DNA of 64,000 nt from Candidatus Omnitrophota bacterium. GTDB lineage: Bacteria > Omnitrophota > Gorgyraeia > 2-01-FULL-45-10. The stretch spans positions 64,487 through 128,486 of the forward strand of contig JAPLME010000007.1 of assembly GCA_026387175.1 (NCBI GenBank), read 5' to 3'. Within the stretch, counting starts at the first letter, position 1. The number at the start of each line of letters is the position of its first letter. The translations under genes were made by a program, and so were the position numbers. Positions 9,443 to 18,667 of this stretch are shown here, one piece after another. The notes beneath the pieces were generated by a model that was given only the letters and a program-made list of their open reading frames with translations, was not told the origin of the DNA and ran no database searches.

Positions 9443-10917
9443 TATTTATCCTTGTCTGCCGGTGGGCAGGTTTTTAGTTCCACGAGCGCTTTTCTGGCTG
9501 CCACACATATTGCGTCGTAACTATTTTTTGCGCCCATGATCATCCCTTCCTTTTCCATGTCTTCGGGAAGAAGCGGCTTTCCGAACCTTACTTTGATCAG
9601 ATGACGCTTAGGATATTTTGCGGTACTGGCCCAAGCCTCGTGAGCTCCATCTATGGCCACAGGAACAAGCCTTGCCCCCGTCTCTTTAGCCAGGACGCCA
9701 AACCCTTTCTTAAATTTTCCTATAACACCGTCGCTCGAGCGCAACCCTTCAGGGAAATAACACAAGCCCTTGCCGTGGTGTAGTACGAAATAACAGCTGC
9801 GCAGAGCCTCTAAAAAATGCGTGGAGAAATCAAAGGGGATTATCCTTCCCATCTTTATCATATTCCTTAGCACACGGTTCTTTAGAAACGGCCTGAAATA
9901 GTACGGACCGAATACGAAATAAAATAGCTGAAAGCCCGGCCTGCGCGGCAGAGAAGCGATAATGGCAGCCCCATCAAGAAAACTCGTGTGGTTGGGATAT
10001 ATAATATAAGCCCCTTCTTCTGGCACGTTTTCCGCTCCTTCCACCTTAATACCGAAGAATAATTTTATATACGTACAGATTATGGCCGTGCAGATAAACC
10101 TGAACAGCCATGCGAAGAAACCGGTGGTTAATTCGAGAACTTCCAGATTTTCTTTTTTTGGCAGCACATGTAAAGTCTCTTTCCAGAAGCCCGGCCCCAG
10201 AGATATCCCTAGATCCTCACGGGGGATATCTTTAGCTCCCCTCAATGCATCCGTTATCCTCAGAATAAGGCCCTTTACGCTAAATGCTCTCGAGATCGCC
10301 TGGTCCTTTATTTCAGCGTTAAAAGCCAACTCAAGCCGCGAAGCAAGCTCTATCCTGCCTAATGAATCTATGCCCAGGTCCAACTCTAAAGAGTCCTCGA
10401 GTATTATCGGCCTTCCAATACCGCTTTGCTCCTTTAAACAGTCCAGGATTTTTTTGCCGGTCGGGGACTCTGTCAACAGAAGGTCCTCTTCCGAAAGTTC
10501 TCCTGATACCGGAAGGGCGCCTTCTATTCCCGCGATCACTCTGGGTTCATATAACTCCTTAACCGCATACCTGACCACTTTACCGAACAGATTATGCGGC
10601 AGATCCTCCAACGTGATGGTAAAGCCTTTTATCCTTTTATAGGACGGTAGCAACTGCGAGGCATTATCGAATCTCTCCTCGATAACGGAGCGCAGATTAA
10701 CCTCCGAAAATTCCCTGAATTTATCAAGATCCGGCTGAATGACGGCCCAGAGAACCTTCGATCTCTTTTCGCCTTTCATCCCGGAGACCGTAAAGATGCA
10801 CATCTCTTTTATGGGAGCAACCTTTGTATAAGCCTCCTCGATCTCTTCCGGATAAATTATATTTCCAGAATTCATCATAATGAACTCCCTGAATTTATCC
10901 GCGAAAGTCTCCGTCAT
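9442..10917 (-). CDS. Paralogue of the 4638-7361 fusion lacking the adenylation core: AMP-binding C-terminal subdomain, ACP domain, PlsC/LPLAT acyltransferase
   Basis: The N-terminal ~120 aa (NIIYPEEIEEAYTKVAPIKEMCIF...YKRIKGFTI...GKVVRYAVKELYE) align to the C-terminal subdomain of the adenylation domain in the 4638-7361 protein. They are followed by the ACP site LGIDSLGRIELASRL, then HxxxxD (PNHTSFLDG) and FPEGLRS. There is an ATGA overlap with the upstream gene. Confidence 0.7.
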   Translation of the reverse strand: MTETFADKFREFIMMNSGNIIYPEEIEEAYTKVAPIKEMCIFTVSGMKGEKRSKVLWAVIQPDLDKFREFSEVNLRSVIEERFDNASQLLPSYKRIKGFTITLEDLPHNLFGKVVRYAVKELYEPRVIAGIEGALPVSGELSEEDLLLTESPTGKKILDCLKEQSGIGRPIILEDSLELDLGIDSLGRIELASRLELAFNAEIKDQAISRAFSVKGLILRITDALRGAKDIPREDLGISLGPGFWKETLHVLPKKENLEVLELTTGFFAWLFRFICTAIICTYIKLFFGIKVEGAENVPEEGAYIIYPNHTSFLDGAAIIASLPRRPGFQLFYFVFGPYYFRPFLKNRVLRNMIKMGRIIPFDFSTHFLEALRSCYFVLHHGKGLCYFPEGLRSSDGVIGKFKKGFGVLAKETGARLVPVAIDGAHEAWASTAKYPKRHLIKVRFGKPLLPEDMEKEGMIMGAKNSYDAICVAARKALVELKTCPPADKDK

Positions 10918-13589
10918 TTATCCGTCCCATATTTTAATTCGATAGAATTCGTGCCGGGCGAAATTCTCACGTTGGCAATACCTGGTAATCGAATATCGAT
11001 CGGCGGCTCTTTTGCGCGCCATTGCCCCTGCCATTCGATAAGGATATTTTGCCCTTGGGGTTTTATGTAAATTTGAATATCCCCGAAACTTGTCGGAGCG
11101 GGCCCAAACGCGAGCGGCTGGTCTTTCTCCAGCCAGATCCGCGGTATGCCGGAACATAATATTAATCTATCGTTTTCTTCGCGCACAAAACAATTTCTTA
11201 TCATCAAGACCCATTCCGCTGCGGCCCATACGTGCTGCCCATCTCCCATACATCCGCCGCCTGTGCGAGGATGTACCGACTCGGGCCATTGACCCGTAGG
11301 TGAAGCCAGGTTAGCCACCGCGGTCATTAGACCGAAATATCTGGGGTCCCCCGCGCGCAAAAGCGCTTGAGCTAAATGCAGCGTAAGATAAGGGTTGATC
11401 CCTGAATGGGTCATGTCATGAAAAAATCCGCCATGGACCAAACAATTTTTCATCAAATATTCGGCAGTGTCTAAGATCTTCGGATCGTTCTGTTCAAAAA
11501 TACGAAGCGGATAGCTGGCAGCCAAAGAACCGATCGCTCCCGCGTCCAGGCGGCGATAGGGAGAGGCCGGTATCGCGGGTCTTTTTAGACGTTCACACGC
11601 TTTCTTTAAACTTTGATTGATGCTCTTCAGAAATGCGTGCGATTCTTTTTCAAAGTAGCCGGCCTCGGCTTTATCCTTGTAAGCAGCACATAAAAAGGCC
11701 GCTGCTTTTAATCCGGCAACACCCCAAAAGTCATCCCAATAATAAAAATCATTCGGCCCCAAATGCTCTGCGCTAAATCCTGATGGTAATAGACCTGCGT
11801 GAGGAGACTGCGCATCATCAGACAAACGTTTCTTATAAATCCACTTACCCGCTTTATCGATCGAGTCTTTCCATTCTTTCGGCGGCACGTTTCCCGTCAT
11901 CTCGCAATATTGACGCATGATCCACAGGGCCTCACCGTTAGAATCCCATTCCCCTTCCTGGGAGAGGAAATAACCCTCGGCTGTCTGACGGGAGCGGAAA
12001 CAATCCAGCGCCCGGCGGACGCGTTCCTTTAACCCGACACTTAATAAACCGTATAAAATAAAAGCGGCGTCGCGAAACCAAAACCGCCGGTAAATATAAG
12101 GCCCGGGATAAACTTCCTTGGGAGAGTGTAGAATCATGGTATGGACAGCGGCATCGTAAAGGAACTGGAAATGTTCATCGGGAATTTGCATTGAACACGC
12201 GCCGTGAAGGCTCTTCTTCCACGCCAGCTTGGCATTTTCCTGATAGTCCCAATGGGACTCTTTTTCAATTTTATTTTTCGTTAAAGGCACCGAAACGGTA
12301 ATTTCCCGCGGTTGCCCCTCTTCTATTATATATAACGCCGCGGAGCTGGCCATGCCGACTTTACATGTAACTTCTTTTTCATCTTCTTTTGATGACAAGC
12401 GGCCATAAACATCGCCTCGATGATAATCCGAAAATACGCATTGGTCCGGAGGTTTATCAAAATAGACAAAATTTTCCCGATTCACCTGCCAACCCGACGA
12501 ATCTTCAAGGAGAGCGATACTATTTATTAAGCTTACGCCTTCGGGGTTATATGGCCTGAGAGAAACGACTAAGTGCGCCTTTACGGAAGCGGATCCTGTG
12601 ATCTTGACCTGGCAAATAGGCGCTTCGGCTGAACCGATAACCTGCGCTTTCAATCGAAGCTTTAATTGACCAAGGTTTGATTCTGTGATCACACAAAGAT
12701 TATCATCCATAACCATCTTTTGGGATATGCTTGGGATACGCGATGGGACCAGTGGCTCTCCCTCTTCTGGAATGATCCAGACATCAATAGACCAGCTATC
12801 GTAAAATGGAGTAAAAAGACCGCGAGGATCCACCAGAGGAAACTCGGTGCTGTCCGGAACGCCCAGAGCTGTCCAATTTCTATGTGTAAGATTAATCTGG
12901 GTTAACGAAAAAGACCGCGGAATAAACGCCTCGTTCTCGGGATCATATTGACATTCCACCCAATAAGGCCAGACCCAATCGAGGTTATGCTGAATAGCTA
13001 AACTATTTATCAGGCCGCGAGCGTGTAAGACAGCGCCTGAGCGCAACAGTTCCAATGGAGCTGCCACCTCTGAGGGTTGCGCAAATTTCTCTAATTGAGA
13101 AAGGACTTTGATGGGGTCTAAAAATCCCTGCCTTCGCGCGGCATCTGTCACTAAAAATTTCCATGGGAGCCACTTCCACCACATGAAATATACCTTTTCC
13201 TTCAAAATGATCCTGAAGACCCACCATTTAAAGCAGATAAAGGCAAATAGGCTCGTGAATATAGTGGCAATGATCAGTGCCGGATAAATGGCGCCGTGCC
13301 ACATATTAAGAATACTTTGATTTATTATCACATTGATCCCTAGTGCTAAGAAATTGATCAGCGCATACCGGCCAAATTCTAAATATGAAGGCTGGCTGTG
13401 TTTAAATGTCCAATACTTGTAAAGCAGGTATCCGAGGCTGCCGGCGCATGTAAAAGATATCGCCTTGGCTAGGCTGAAAGGCAGAAAATGGAACAGGATA
13501 TAATAAACACTGAAGTCTGTAGCATTGACTATAGTCCCTGCAATAAATGCCTTGATGACCTCTTTTCTGGAATCATTATCGATCTTCAA
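10914..13589 (-). CDS. Fusion of a GtrA-like 4-TM domain (N-terminal) and a large (alpha/alpha)6-barrel glycoside hydrolase-like domain (GH15/GH63/GDE-like)
   Basis: The N-terminal 120 aa match the GtrA family pattern (IAGTIVNATDFSVYYILF...YKYWTFK). The remainder carries FWFRDAAF, WDDFWG, QWPE and GDGQHVW, which resemble the glucoamylase/debranching-type six-hairpin hydrolase family. The start appears to be TTG. Confidence 0.55.
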   Translation of the reverse strand: MKIDNDSRKEVIKAFIAGTIVNATDFSVYYILFHFLPFSLAKAISFTCAGSLGYLLYKYWTFKHSQPSYLEFGRYALINFLALGINVIINQSILNMWHGAIYPALIIATIFTSLFAFICFKWWVFRIILKEKVYFMWWKWLPWKFLVTDAARRQGFLDPIKVLSQLEKFAQPSEVAAPLELLRSGAVLHARGLINSLAIQHNLDWVWPYWVECQYDPENEAFIPRSFSLTQINLTHRNWTALGVPDSTEFPLVDPRGLFTPFYDSWSIDVWIIPEEGEPLVPSRIPSISQKMVMDDNLCVITESNLGQLKLRLKAQVIGSAEAPICQVKITGSASVKAHLVVSLRPYNPEGVSLINSIALLEDSSGWQVNRENFVYFDKPPDQCVFSDYHRGDVYGRLSSKEDEKEVTCKVGMASSAALYIIEEGQPREITVSVPLTKNKIEKESHWDYQENAKLAWKKSLHGACSMQIPDEHFQFLYDAAVHTMILHSPKEVYPGPYIYRRFWFRDAAFILYGLLSVGLKERVRRALDCFRSRQTAEGYFLSQEGEWDSNGEALWIMRQYCEMTGNVPPKEWKDSIDKAGKWIYKKRLSDDAQSPHAGLLPSGFSAEHLGPNDFYYWDDFWGVAGLKAAAFLCAAYKDKAEAGYFEKESHAFLKSINQSLKKACERLKRPAIPASPYRRLDAGAIGSLAASYPLRIFEQNDPKILDTAEYLMKNCLVHGGFFHDMTHSGINPYLTLHLAQALLRAGDPRYFGLMTAVANLASPTGQWPESVHPRTGGGCMGDGQHVWAAAEWVLMIRNCFVREENDRLILCSGIPRIWLEKDQPLAFGPAPTSFGDIQIYIKPQGQNILIEWQGQWRAKEPPIDIRLPGIANVRISPGTNSIELKYGTDK

Positions 13590-13606
13590 TAGATTTTCCT
13601 TTGCCG

Positions 13607-14908
13607 CTAAATACGCAGCTTACCCGACCTGATGATCTCCTCGAATCTTCTTGCCGATTCCCGGATCTTTCTGCTTTGCGTCATATAGTCCACTTCTATT
13701 AACCCGAACCGCGGAGCAAAACCATCCGCCCACTCATAATTATCCAGGAGCGACCAATAGAGATAGCCGATCACGGGGGCCCCTTCCTTAATCGCCATAG
13801 CCGTGGCTTTAAGATGCTCTACGATGAACTCCGAACGCTCGGCATCATCATTTGTGCAAATACCGTTTTCTGAAATTAGAATAGGTAGTTTGTACTTTGA
13901 AAATATTTTTATGAGCATATGCAACCCTTTCGGATAAATTTCCCAACCGAGAAAATTTTTCCTATTGCCGGGGCTATCTAAAACACGCTCATCACCTGAG
14001 ATAGCAGATGATAGAAACCCGCGATTGCGTACATGTTCCCGCATGTAGTAATTTAAACCGATAAAATCCAGGGTTCTCGCCGTGGAGAGCCGTATACTGA
14101 GTATCCCGGAGACCTTTGCTTTTCCAAGGATTAAGGCCTTAATAAATAGATGATTAACCACGCGATTTCTCAAGCCGGCTGAAAGCCGATCCCACAAAGA
14201 ACGATCCGAGGAAGGCGCGAATATGAGCACTTGCTGAGCTATTCCGATCATAGGCCTCTTCCAACCTTTTTGAGCGTAAACTTCTTTGATCTTTCCATGA
14301 GCCAGGACATGGGCTTTGGCTAAATTTTGTACAACTTTAAATGCTTTTTTTATTGATTTCTCTCCCGGCGGCCACTGCCCGGTAACATAGCTCTTATACG
14401 CGTAAACCGTCGGTTCATTTAACGTAATCCAATACTGAACATCATTTCCCAGGTATTCCGTCGCTTTCTGGACATATTTGGCAAAAAGTTCCGGGCTTTT
14501 ATCCGAAAGCCATCCCTCCCGGCTCGCCATCCATAAAGGGATAGTAAAATGATTCAATGTTACAATGGGCTCTATTCCCTTGGATTTCAGCGAAAGGATC
14601 ATCTTGCGATAATGATCAAGGGCTGAGTTGTCAAATTGGCCGGGCGAAGGTTCGATACGGCTCCATTCAAGGGAAAAACGATAGGCCGTAAGCCCTAAAG
14701 TCTGAGCGAGCTTAAAATCCTCTTCAAAACGATTCCAGTGATCACAAGCCTGGCCGGAACGCATTTCCGGGGGGATATGTTGCTCCCACTGCCACCAATC
14801 GTTATTGGTATTGTTGCCTTCGACCTGATGAGAAGATGTGCCTGCTCCCCACAAAAAATATTTGGGAAATACAAATTCCTGCGGAGTTGTTTCCATATTT
14901 AAGCCCAT
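13607..14908 (-). CDS. Glycoside hydrolase family 1 beta-glucosidase/beta-galactosidase
   Basis: GH1 catalytic acid/base motif WITLNEP and nucleophile motif ISENG. The N-terminus F.WGAGTSSHQVEG is GH1-like. Confidence 0.85.
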   Translation of the reverse strand: MGLNMETTPQEFVFPKYFLWGAGTSSHQVEGNNTNNDWWQWEQHIPPEMRSGQACDHWNRFEEDFKLAQTLGLTAYRFSLEWSRIEPSPGQFDNSALDHYRKMILSLKSKGIEPIVTLNHFTIPLWMASREGWLSDKSPELFAKYVQKATEYLGNDVQYWITLNEPTVYAYKSYVTGQWPPGEKSIKKAFKVVQNLAKAHVLAHGKIKEVYAQKGWKRPMIGIAQQVLIFAPSSDRSLWDRLSAGLRNRVVNHLFIKALILGKAKVSGILSIRLSTARTLDFIGLNYYMREHVRNRGFLSSAISGDERVLDSPGNRKNFLGWEIYPKGLHMLIKIFSKYKLPILISENGICTNDDAERSEFIVEHLKATAMAIKEGAPVIGYLYWSLLDNYEWADGFAPRFGLIEVDYMTQSRKIRESARRFEEIIRSGKLRI

Positions 14909-14911
14909 ATT

Positions 14912-15184
14912 TTAATTTACCGCTGTTTCCCTTACAATGAAACGCGTCACACCCACTAGAACCACCGCACCGACAAGCGCCAGTAGTAATGTGGCGACCA
15001 AACTATTGGTAGATAGCCCGGTCCTCCCAACCAACCATCCACCAAGCATAGCTCCAACAATCCCGGTCAAGATGTCCCCAGTGATCCCGAATCCCCGGCC
15101 TCTATTGAGAATCCCTGCCAACCATCCGATCATCCCGCCGATAAAGAGAAGCCACACCAAATACCTGATAGCGTCATGTTCCAT
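14912..15184 (-). CDS. GlsB/YeaQ/YmgE (Transgly_assoc) family small membrane protein
   Basis: A 90-aa protein with three predicted TM helices and the GxxGxxxGW-rich pattern (LLFIGGMIGWLAGIL..ITGDILTGIVGAMLGGWL) typical of this family. Confidence 0.65.
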   Translation of the reverse strand: MEHDAIRYLVWLLFIGGMIGWLAGILNRGRGFGITGDILTGIVGAMLGGWLVGRTGLSTNSLVATLLLALVGAVVLVGVTRFIVRETAVN

Positions 15185-15202
15185 GTCTCTTCTCCTTTTT
15201 AT

Positions 15203-15580
15203 TTATGCTTTTTTGTTATTTTCAATCGCAATTTTAATAAGATCCACTAACGCCTGGTCGTTAAAAGGTTTTTGTAAAAAACCCGCCGCGCCCGCTTTTA
15301 AAACCTTCTCCTTCATGCCGCCATTTCTGTCCGCCGAAATAATAATGACCGGGCGATCGGATCCTGATGCAAGAAGATGCTTTAACGCCTCCCATCCGTC
15401 CATTCCCGGCATATGGATGTCCAGAATTAAACAACCGGTAACACTATTGGGCACAGTGCTAAAAAATTCTATTGCGGAAGTAAAAGCATCAACATTAAAC
15501 CCGTATGTGCCCAGCAGGATGCTCAGCGCGCGGCAGACTGATTCGTCGTCGTCCACAATGTAAATTTGTTTCTTGTTCAT
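15203..15580 (-). CDS. Single-domain response regulator (receiver)
   Basis: IYIVDDDESVCRAL...LILDIHMPGMDGWE...PVIIISA is a receiver domain only. Confidence 0.8.
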   Translation of the reverse strand: MNKKQIYIVDDDESVCRALSILLGTYGFNVDAFTSAIEFFSTVPNSVTGCLILDIHMPGMDGWEALKHLLASGSDRPVIIISADRNGGMKEKVLKAGAAGFLQKPFNDQALVDLIKIAIENNKKA

Positions 15581-15656
15581 GTTTGGATTGTAGAGGAAAA
15601 TCGAAAAGCGGTCAATTATACTTGGGTATAACAGCCTTTTAGGAATCGAAGATTGG

Positions 15657-16283
15657 TTACGTTTTAGAGGAGGTGACGCCTGCTTTTTGGGCTAAGCGGA
15701 TGAGCTCTGTTACGGTCTTAGCCTGCATCTTCTGCATGACACGGCCGCGGTGAACCTTGATCGTTTGAAGGGCGGTCCCCCGCTTGAAGGCAATCTGTTT
15801 ACTCAGCATCCCCCTGGCTACGAGCCGGAAGACTTCCAGTTCCCGCGGAGACAGGGTCCTGACGCGGCGTTTGATCTTTGCTATTTCGGCCTGTTCTTTA
15901 TTTTGAGCTGCGCTTTTTGAGATGGCAAGTGTGATGGCATCAAGCAACTTCTTCTTAGTAAAGGGTTTAGGAAGAAAATCAATAGCGCCTGCCTTCATAG
16001 TTTTTACGCTCATTGGAATATCGCCGTGTCCGGTGATAAAGATGATGGGAATGGCGATGCCCCGCTGTGTCATCATCTCCTGAAGGTTGAGCCCGTTGAT
16101 ACCCGGTAACTGGACATCTAGGACCAGGCATGACGGCAGCTTCGGATGCTTATACGCCAGGAAGGAGTCTGCGCGCGTGAACGCTTCAACTTTAAATCCG
16201 TGCGATCTTAGCAATAAGGAGAGAGCCCTGCACACAGAGAGATCGTCATCAACTATATAAATGATAGGCCCGCGGTTGTCCAT
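15657..16283 (-). CDS. FixJ/NarL-family response regulator (receiver + LuxR-type HTH)
   Basis: A receiver domain (IIYIVDDDLSVCRAL...LVLDVQLPGINGL) followed by a C-terminal HTH (LSPRELEVFRLVARGMLSKQIA). Confidence 0.8.
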   Translation of the reverse strand: MDNRGPIIYIVDDDLSVCRALSLLLRSHGFKVEAFTRADSFLAYKHPKLPSCLVLDVQLPGINGLNLQEMMTQRGIAIPIIFITGHGDIPMSVKTMKAGAIDFLPKPFTKKKLLDAITLAISKSAAQNKEQAEIAKIKRRVRTLSPRELEVFRLVARGMLSKQIAFKRGTALQTIKVHRGRVMQKMQAKTVTELIRLAQKAGVTSSKT

Positions 16284-17228
16284 TTAAGCGTCCTTTGCGC
16301 CGATAGGGATGGTGAAATAAAAGGTAGCGCCGCGATCAGGATTATTCTTTACGTCCAGCCGGCCGCCATGAGCCTCAATGATGGAGCGGCTGATAGACAG
16401 TCCCATACCCAAGCCATCCGGCTTGCTCGTAAAAAATCGGGTGAAGAGCTTAGATATATTTTGTGCGGGGATTCCGCATCCGGAATCCTTTACCTCCACG
16501 ATAATCATGCCGGGATCTTTACGCGACGCACGAATCGATATTTCACGCTTACCTCGGCTGCTTTCAATGGCATCGAAACTGTTGCTTATGAGATTCAGGA
16601 GGACCTGTTGCAGCTGTACCCGGTCGCCAAGAACAAGCGGAAGATCGCCCTCCAACTCAATTTTTAATAAAATGTTCCTTACGGTAGCATCGGTTGCAAG
16701 AAGCGCGACGGTCTCGTCAACGAGGAAATTAATATCCAGAGGTTTCATTTCGGGCGCGGTCTTCTCTAACAGCGCACGTAATCTATGGATAACAGCCGTC
16801 GCCCGCTGGCTATCATTAATGATGTACTGAAGAGTCTCCTGTATCTTAGGCTCCCTGCCGGAGAGTATACGTTGGGCAGCTTGAGCGTACGAAAGAATAG
16901 CCGTAAGAGGCTGACTGATCTCGTGGGCCAAGGACGAGACAAACTCCGCAAGCTTTCCCACTCTGGTAACATGCAAAAGCTCCTCGCGCTGTTTAATGAT
17001 CTCCAGATCCTTTTTCCGTATTAAGTTAGCGTCTGTGTGGATCCGCTTTTCCGACTTTATCCGTTCCTTTGTTCCATTCCTCAGCTGTCCATTTTTAATC
17101 TTGATCTTATCGGCTTGCCGTAGGACCAACCCCTTAAGACGCACACGCTCTCCGCTTCGGGTTCTATTTTCCGACAATGGTCTTTTCTGCGGTTTTCGCT
17201 CGAGCTCAGGTTGTTTTTTATTCATCAT
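16284..17228 (-). CDS. Sensor histidine kinase (HisKA + HATPase_c) with a basic coiled-coil N-terminus and no recognisable sensor domain
   Basis: H-box SLAHEISQPLTAI. N/G-box LISNSFDAI...GLGMGLSISRSIIEAHGG. Directly adjacent to the FixJ-like regulator (16283/16284). Confidence 0.8.
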   Translation of the reverse strand: MMNKKQPELERKPQKRPLSENRTRSGERVRLKGLVLRQADKIKIKNGQLRNGTKERIKSEKRIHTDANLIRKKDLEIIKQREELLHVTRVGKLAEFVSSLAHEISQPLTAILSYAQAAQRILSGREPKIQETLQYIINDSQRATAVIHRLRALLEKTAPEMKPLDINFLVDETVALLATDATVRNILLKIELEGDLPLVLGDRVQLQQVLLNLISNSFDAIESSRGKREISIRASRKDPGMIIVEVKDSGCGIPAQNISKLFTRFFTSKPDGLGMGLSISRSIIEAHGGRLDVKNNPDRGATFYFTIPIGAKDA

Positions 17229-18663
17229 TTTTATTTATGGTTGTTTGCTTATACAGGTATTTAATTATAGCCCGGGAAGCTTTTTTTGCCATGCCCATGG
17301 CCTCGATGACCGTGCCTTCGCCGCCGACGATATCGCCTCCGGCATATACTTTTTTTATTGAGGTCCCCATAGTTTCTTTATCCACTATCACATCCGAGTA
17401 TTTATCTATGGCGAGCGCGGGCGTTGCGCGCGTCAGCACCTGGTTCGCCATCAGGCCTATAGCGATGACGGCCATGTCGCAATTTATCTCATAATCGCTG
17501 CCGGGGATAGCGATGGGCCTTCTTCTGCCGGAGCTATCCGGCTCACCCAGTTTGCATTTCAGACAGCGCAGTTTTCTCACAAAGCTTTTATCGTCGCCGG
17601 TAAATTCTTCGGGCGAGGACAGGAACCCGAATTTTACGCCTTCCTCTTTAGCGTGTTCTATCTCGATCCTTCTTGCCGGCATCTCGGCTTCTGTGCGCCG
17701 GTATAGTATGGTGGTATCGCCCGTCATGCCCATTATCTTCTGCATCCTGAGAGCTGCCCTTGCAGCGTCCATAGCGGTATTTCCGCCGCCGATCACCACG
17801 ACAGATTTGCCTATATTTACCGGAGTGTGAAACTCGGGAAATTTAAATGCCGACATAAGATTGATTCTAGTCAGGAATTCATTGGCCGAATAGACGTTGC
17901 AGAGATTTTCTCCCTTTATTCCTAGGAAAGTCGGGACCCCGGCGCCGAGGCCGAGAAATACGGCATCGTAGCCTTCCGTCAAAAGCTCGTCCAACCCTTT
18001 GGCTTTGCCTATGATGTAATTCGGCACGATCTCGACCCCCAGCTTCTTAAGGGAGTCCAGCTCGAAATCGAGAATATCGCGCGGCAGCCTGAACGGCGGT
18101 ATGCCATAGCGCAAAACCCCGCCGGATACGTGGAGCGCCTCGAAGACAGTTACCTTTATACCCTCCCTCGCAAGCTCGCCTGCGCAAGCTACGCCCGCGG
18201 GGCCGGAACCGACGATCGCTACCTTATATCTTGATAATTCTCCACCCTTTTTAAGCCCAACCTCGAGGTCATTCTCCTTACCGTAATCACCGGCGAACCG
18301 CTCCAGCAGATGTATGTTGATCGCCTGTTCCGAAGCAAATGAAGATCCCTTTTTAGTGAAGACGCAAGTCTTCTCGCACTGATATTCCGCGGGACAAACC
18401 CTGCCGCAGATCGACGGGAAATCGTTCTTCTCCCGTATCGTGAAATAGGCGCCCGTATAGTCTTTTTGTGTTATCTGGTATATGAATTTCTTTATATCAA
18501 TATTGACCGGGCATCCCTCGATACAGGTGGGATTTTTACATTGGATGCACCTGGCGGCTTCTTCGAGAGCTTCTTTTTCGGTATAACCCAATACGACTTC
18601 GTCGAAAGAGACGGATCTCTCATTGGCTTTACGCTCGCGGACCTTTACGGGATCTTTCTTCAT
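17218..18663 (-). CDS. GltD-family FAD/NAD(P)-dependent iron-sulfur flavoprotein, NfnB/SudA-like large subunit
   Basis: N-terminal Fe-S Cys clusters (CIQCKNPTCIEGCP...CGRVCP). Dinucleotide-binding motifs VAIVGSGPAGVACAG and VVVIGGGNTAMDAA. The likely start is internal (MKKDP..., ~18663), because the ORF-track start overlaps the upstream gene by 137 nt. Confidence 0.65.
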   Translation of the reverse strand: MKKDPVKVRERKANERSVSFDEVVLGYTEKEALEEAARCIQCKNPTCIEGCPVNIDIKKFIYQITQKDYTGAYFTIREKNDFPSICGRVCPAEYQCEKTCVFTKKGSSFASEQAINIHLLERFAGDYGKENDLEVGLKKGGELSRYKVAIVGSGPAGVACAGELAREGIKVTVFEALHVSGGVLRYGIPPFRLPRDILDFELDSLKKLGVEIVPNYIIGKAKGLDELLTEGYDAVFLGLGAGVPTFLGIKGENLCNVYSANEFLTRINLMSAFKFPEFHTPVNIGKSVVVIGGGNTAMDAARAALRMQKIMGMTGDTTILYRRTEAEMPARRIEIEHAKEEGVKFGFLSSPEEFTGDDKSFVRKLRCLKCKLGEPDSSGRRRPIAIPGSDYEINCDMAVIAIGLMANQVLTRATPALAIDKYSDVIVDKETMGTSIKKVYAGGDIVGGEGTVIEAMGMAKKASRAIIKYLYKQTTINKNDE

Positions 18664-18667
18664 AGGA

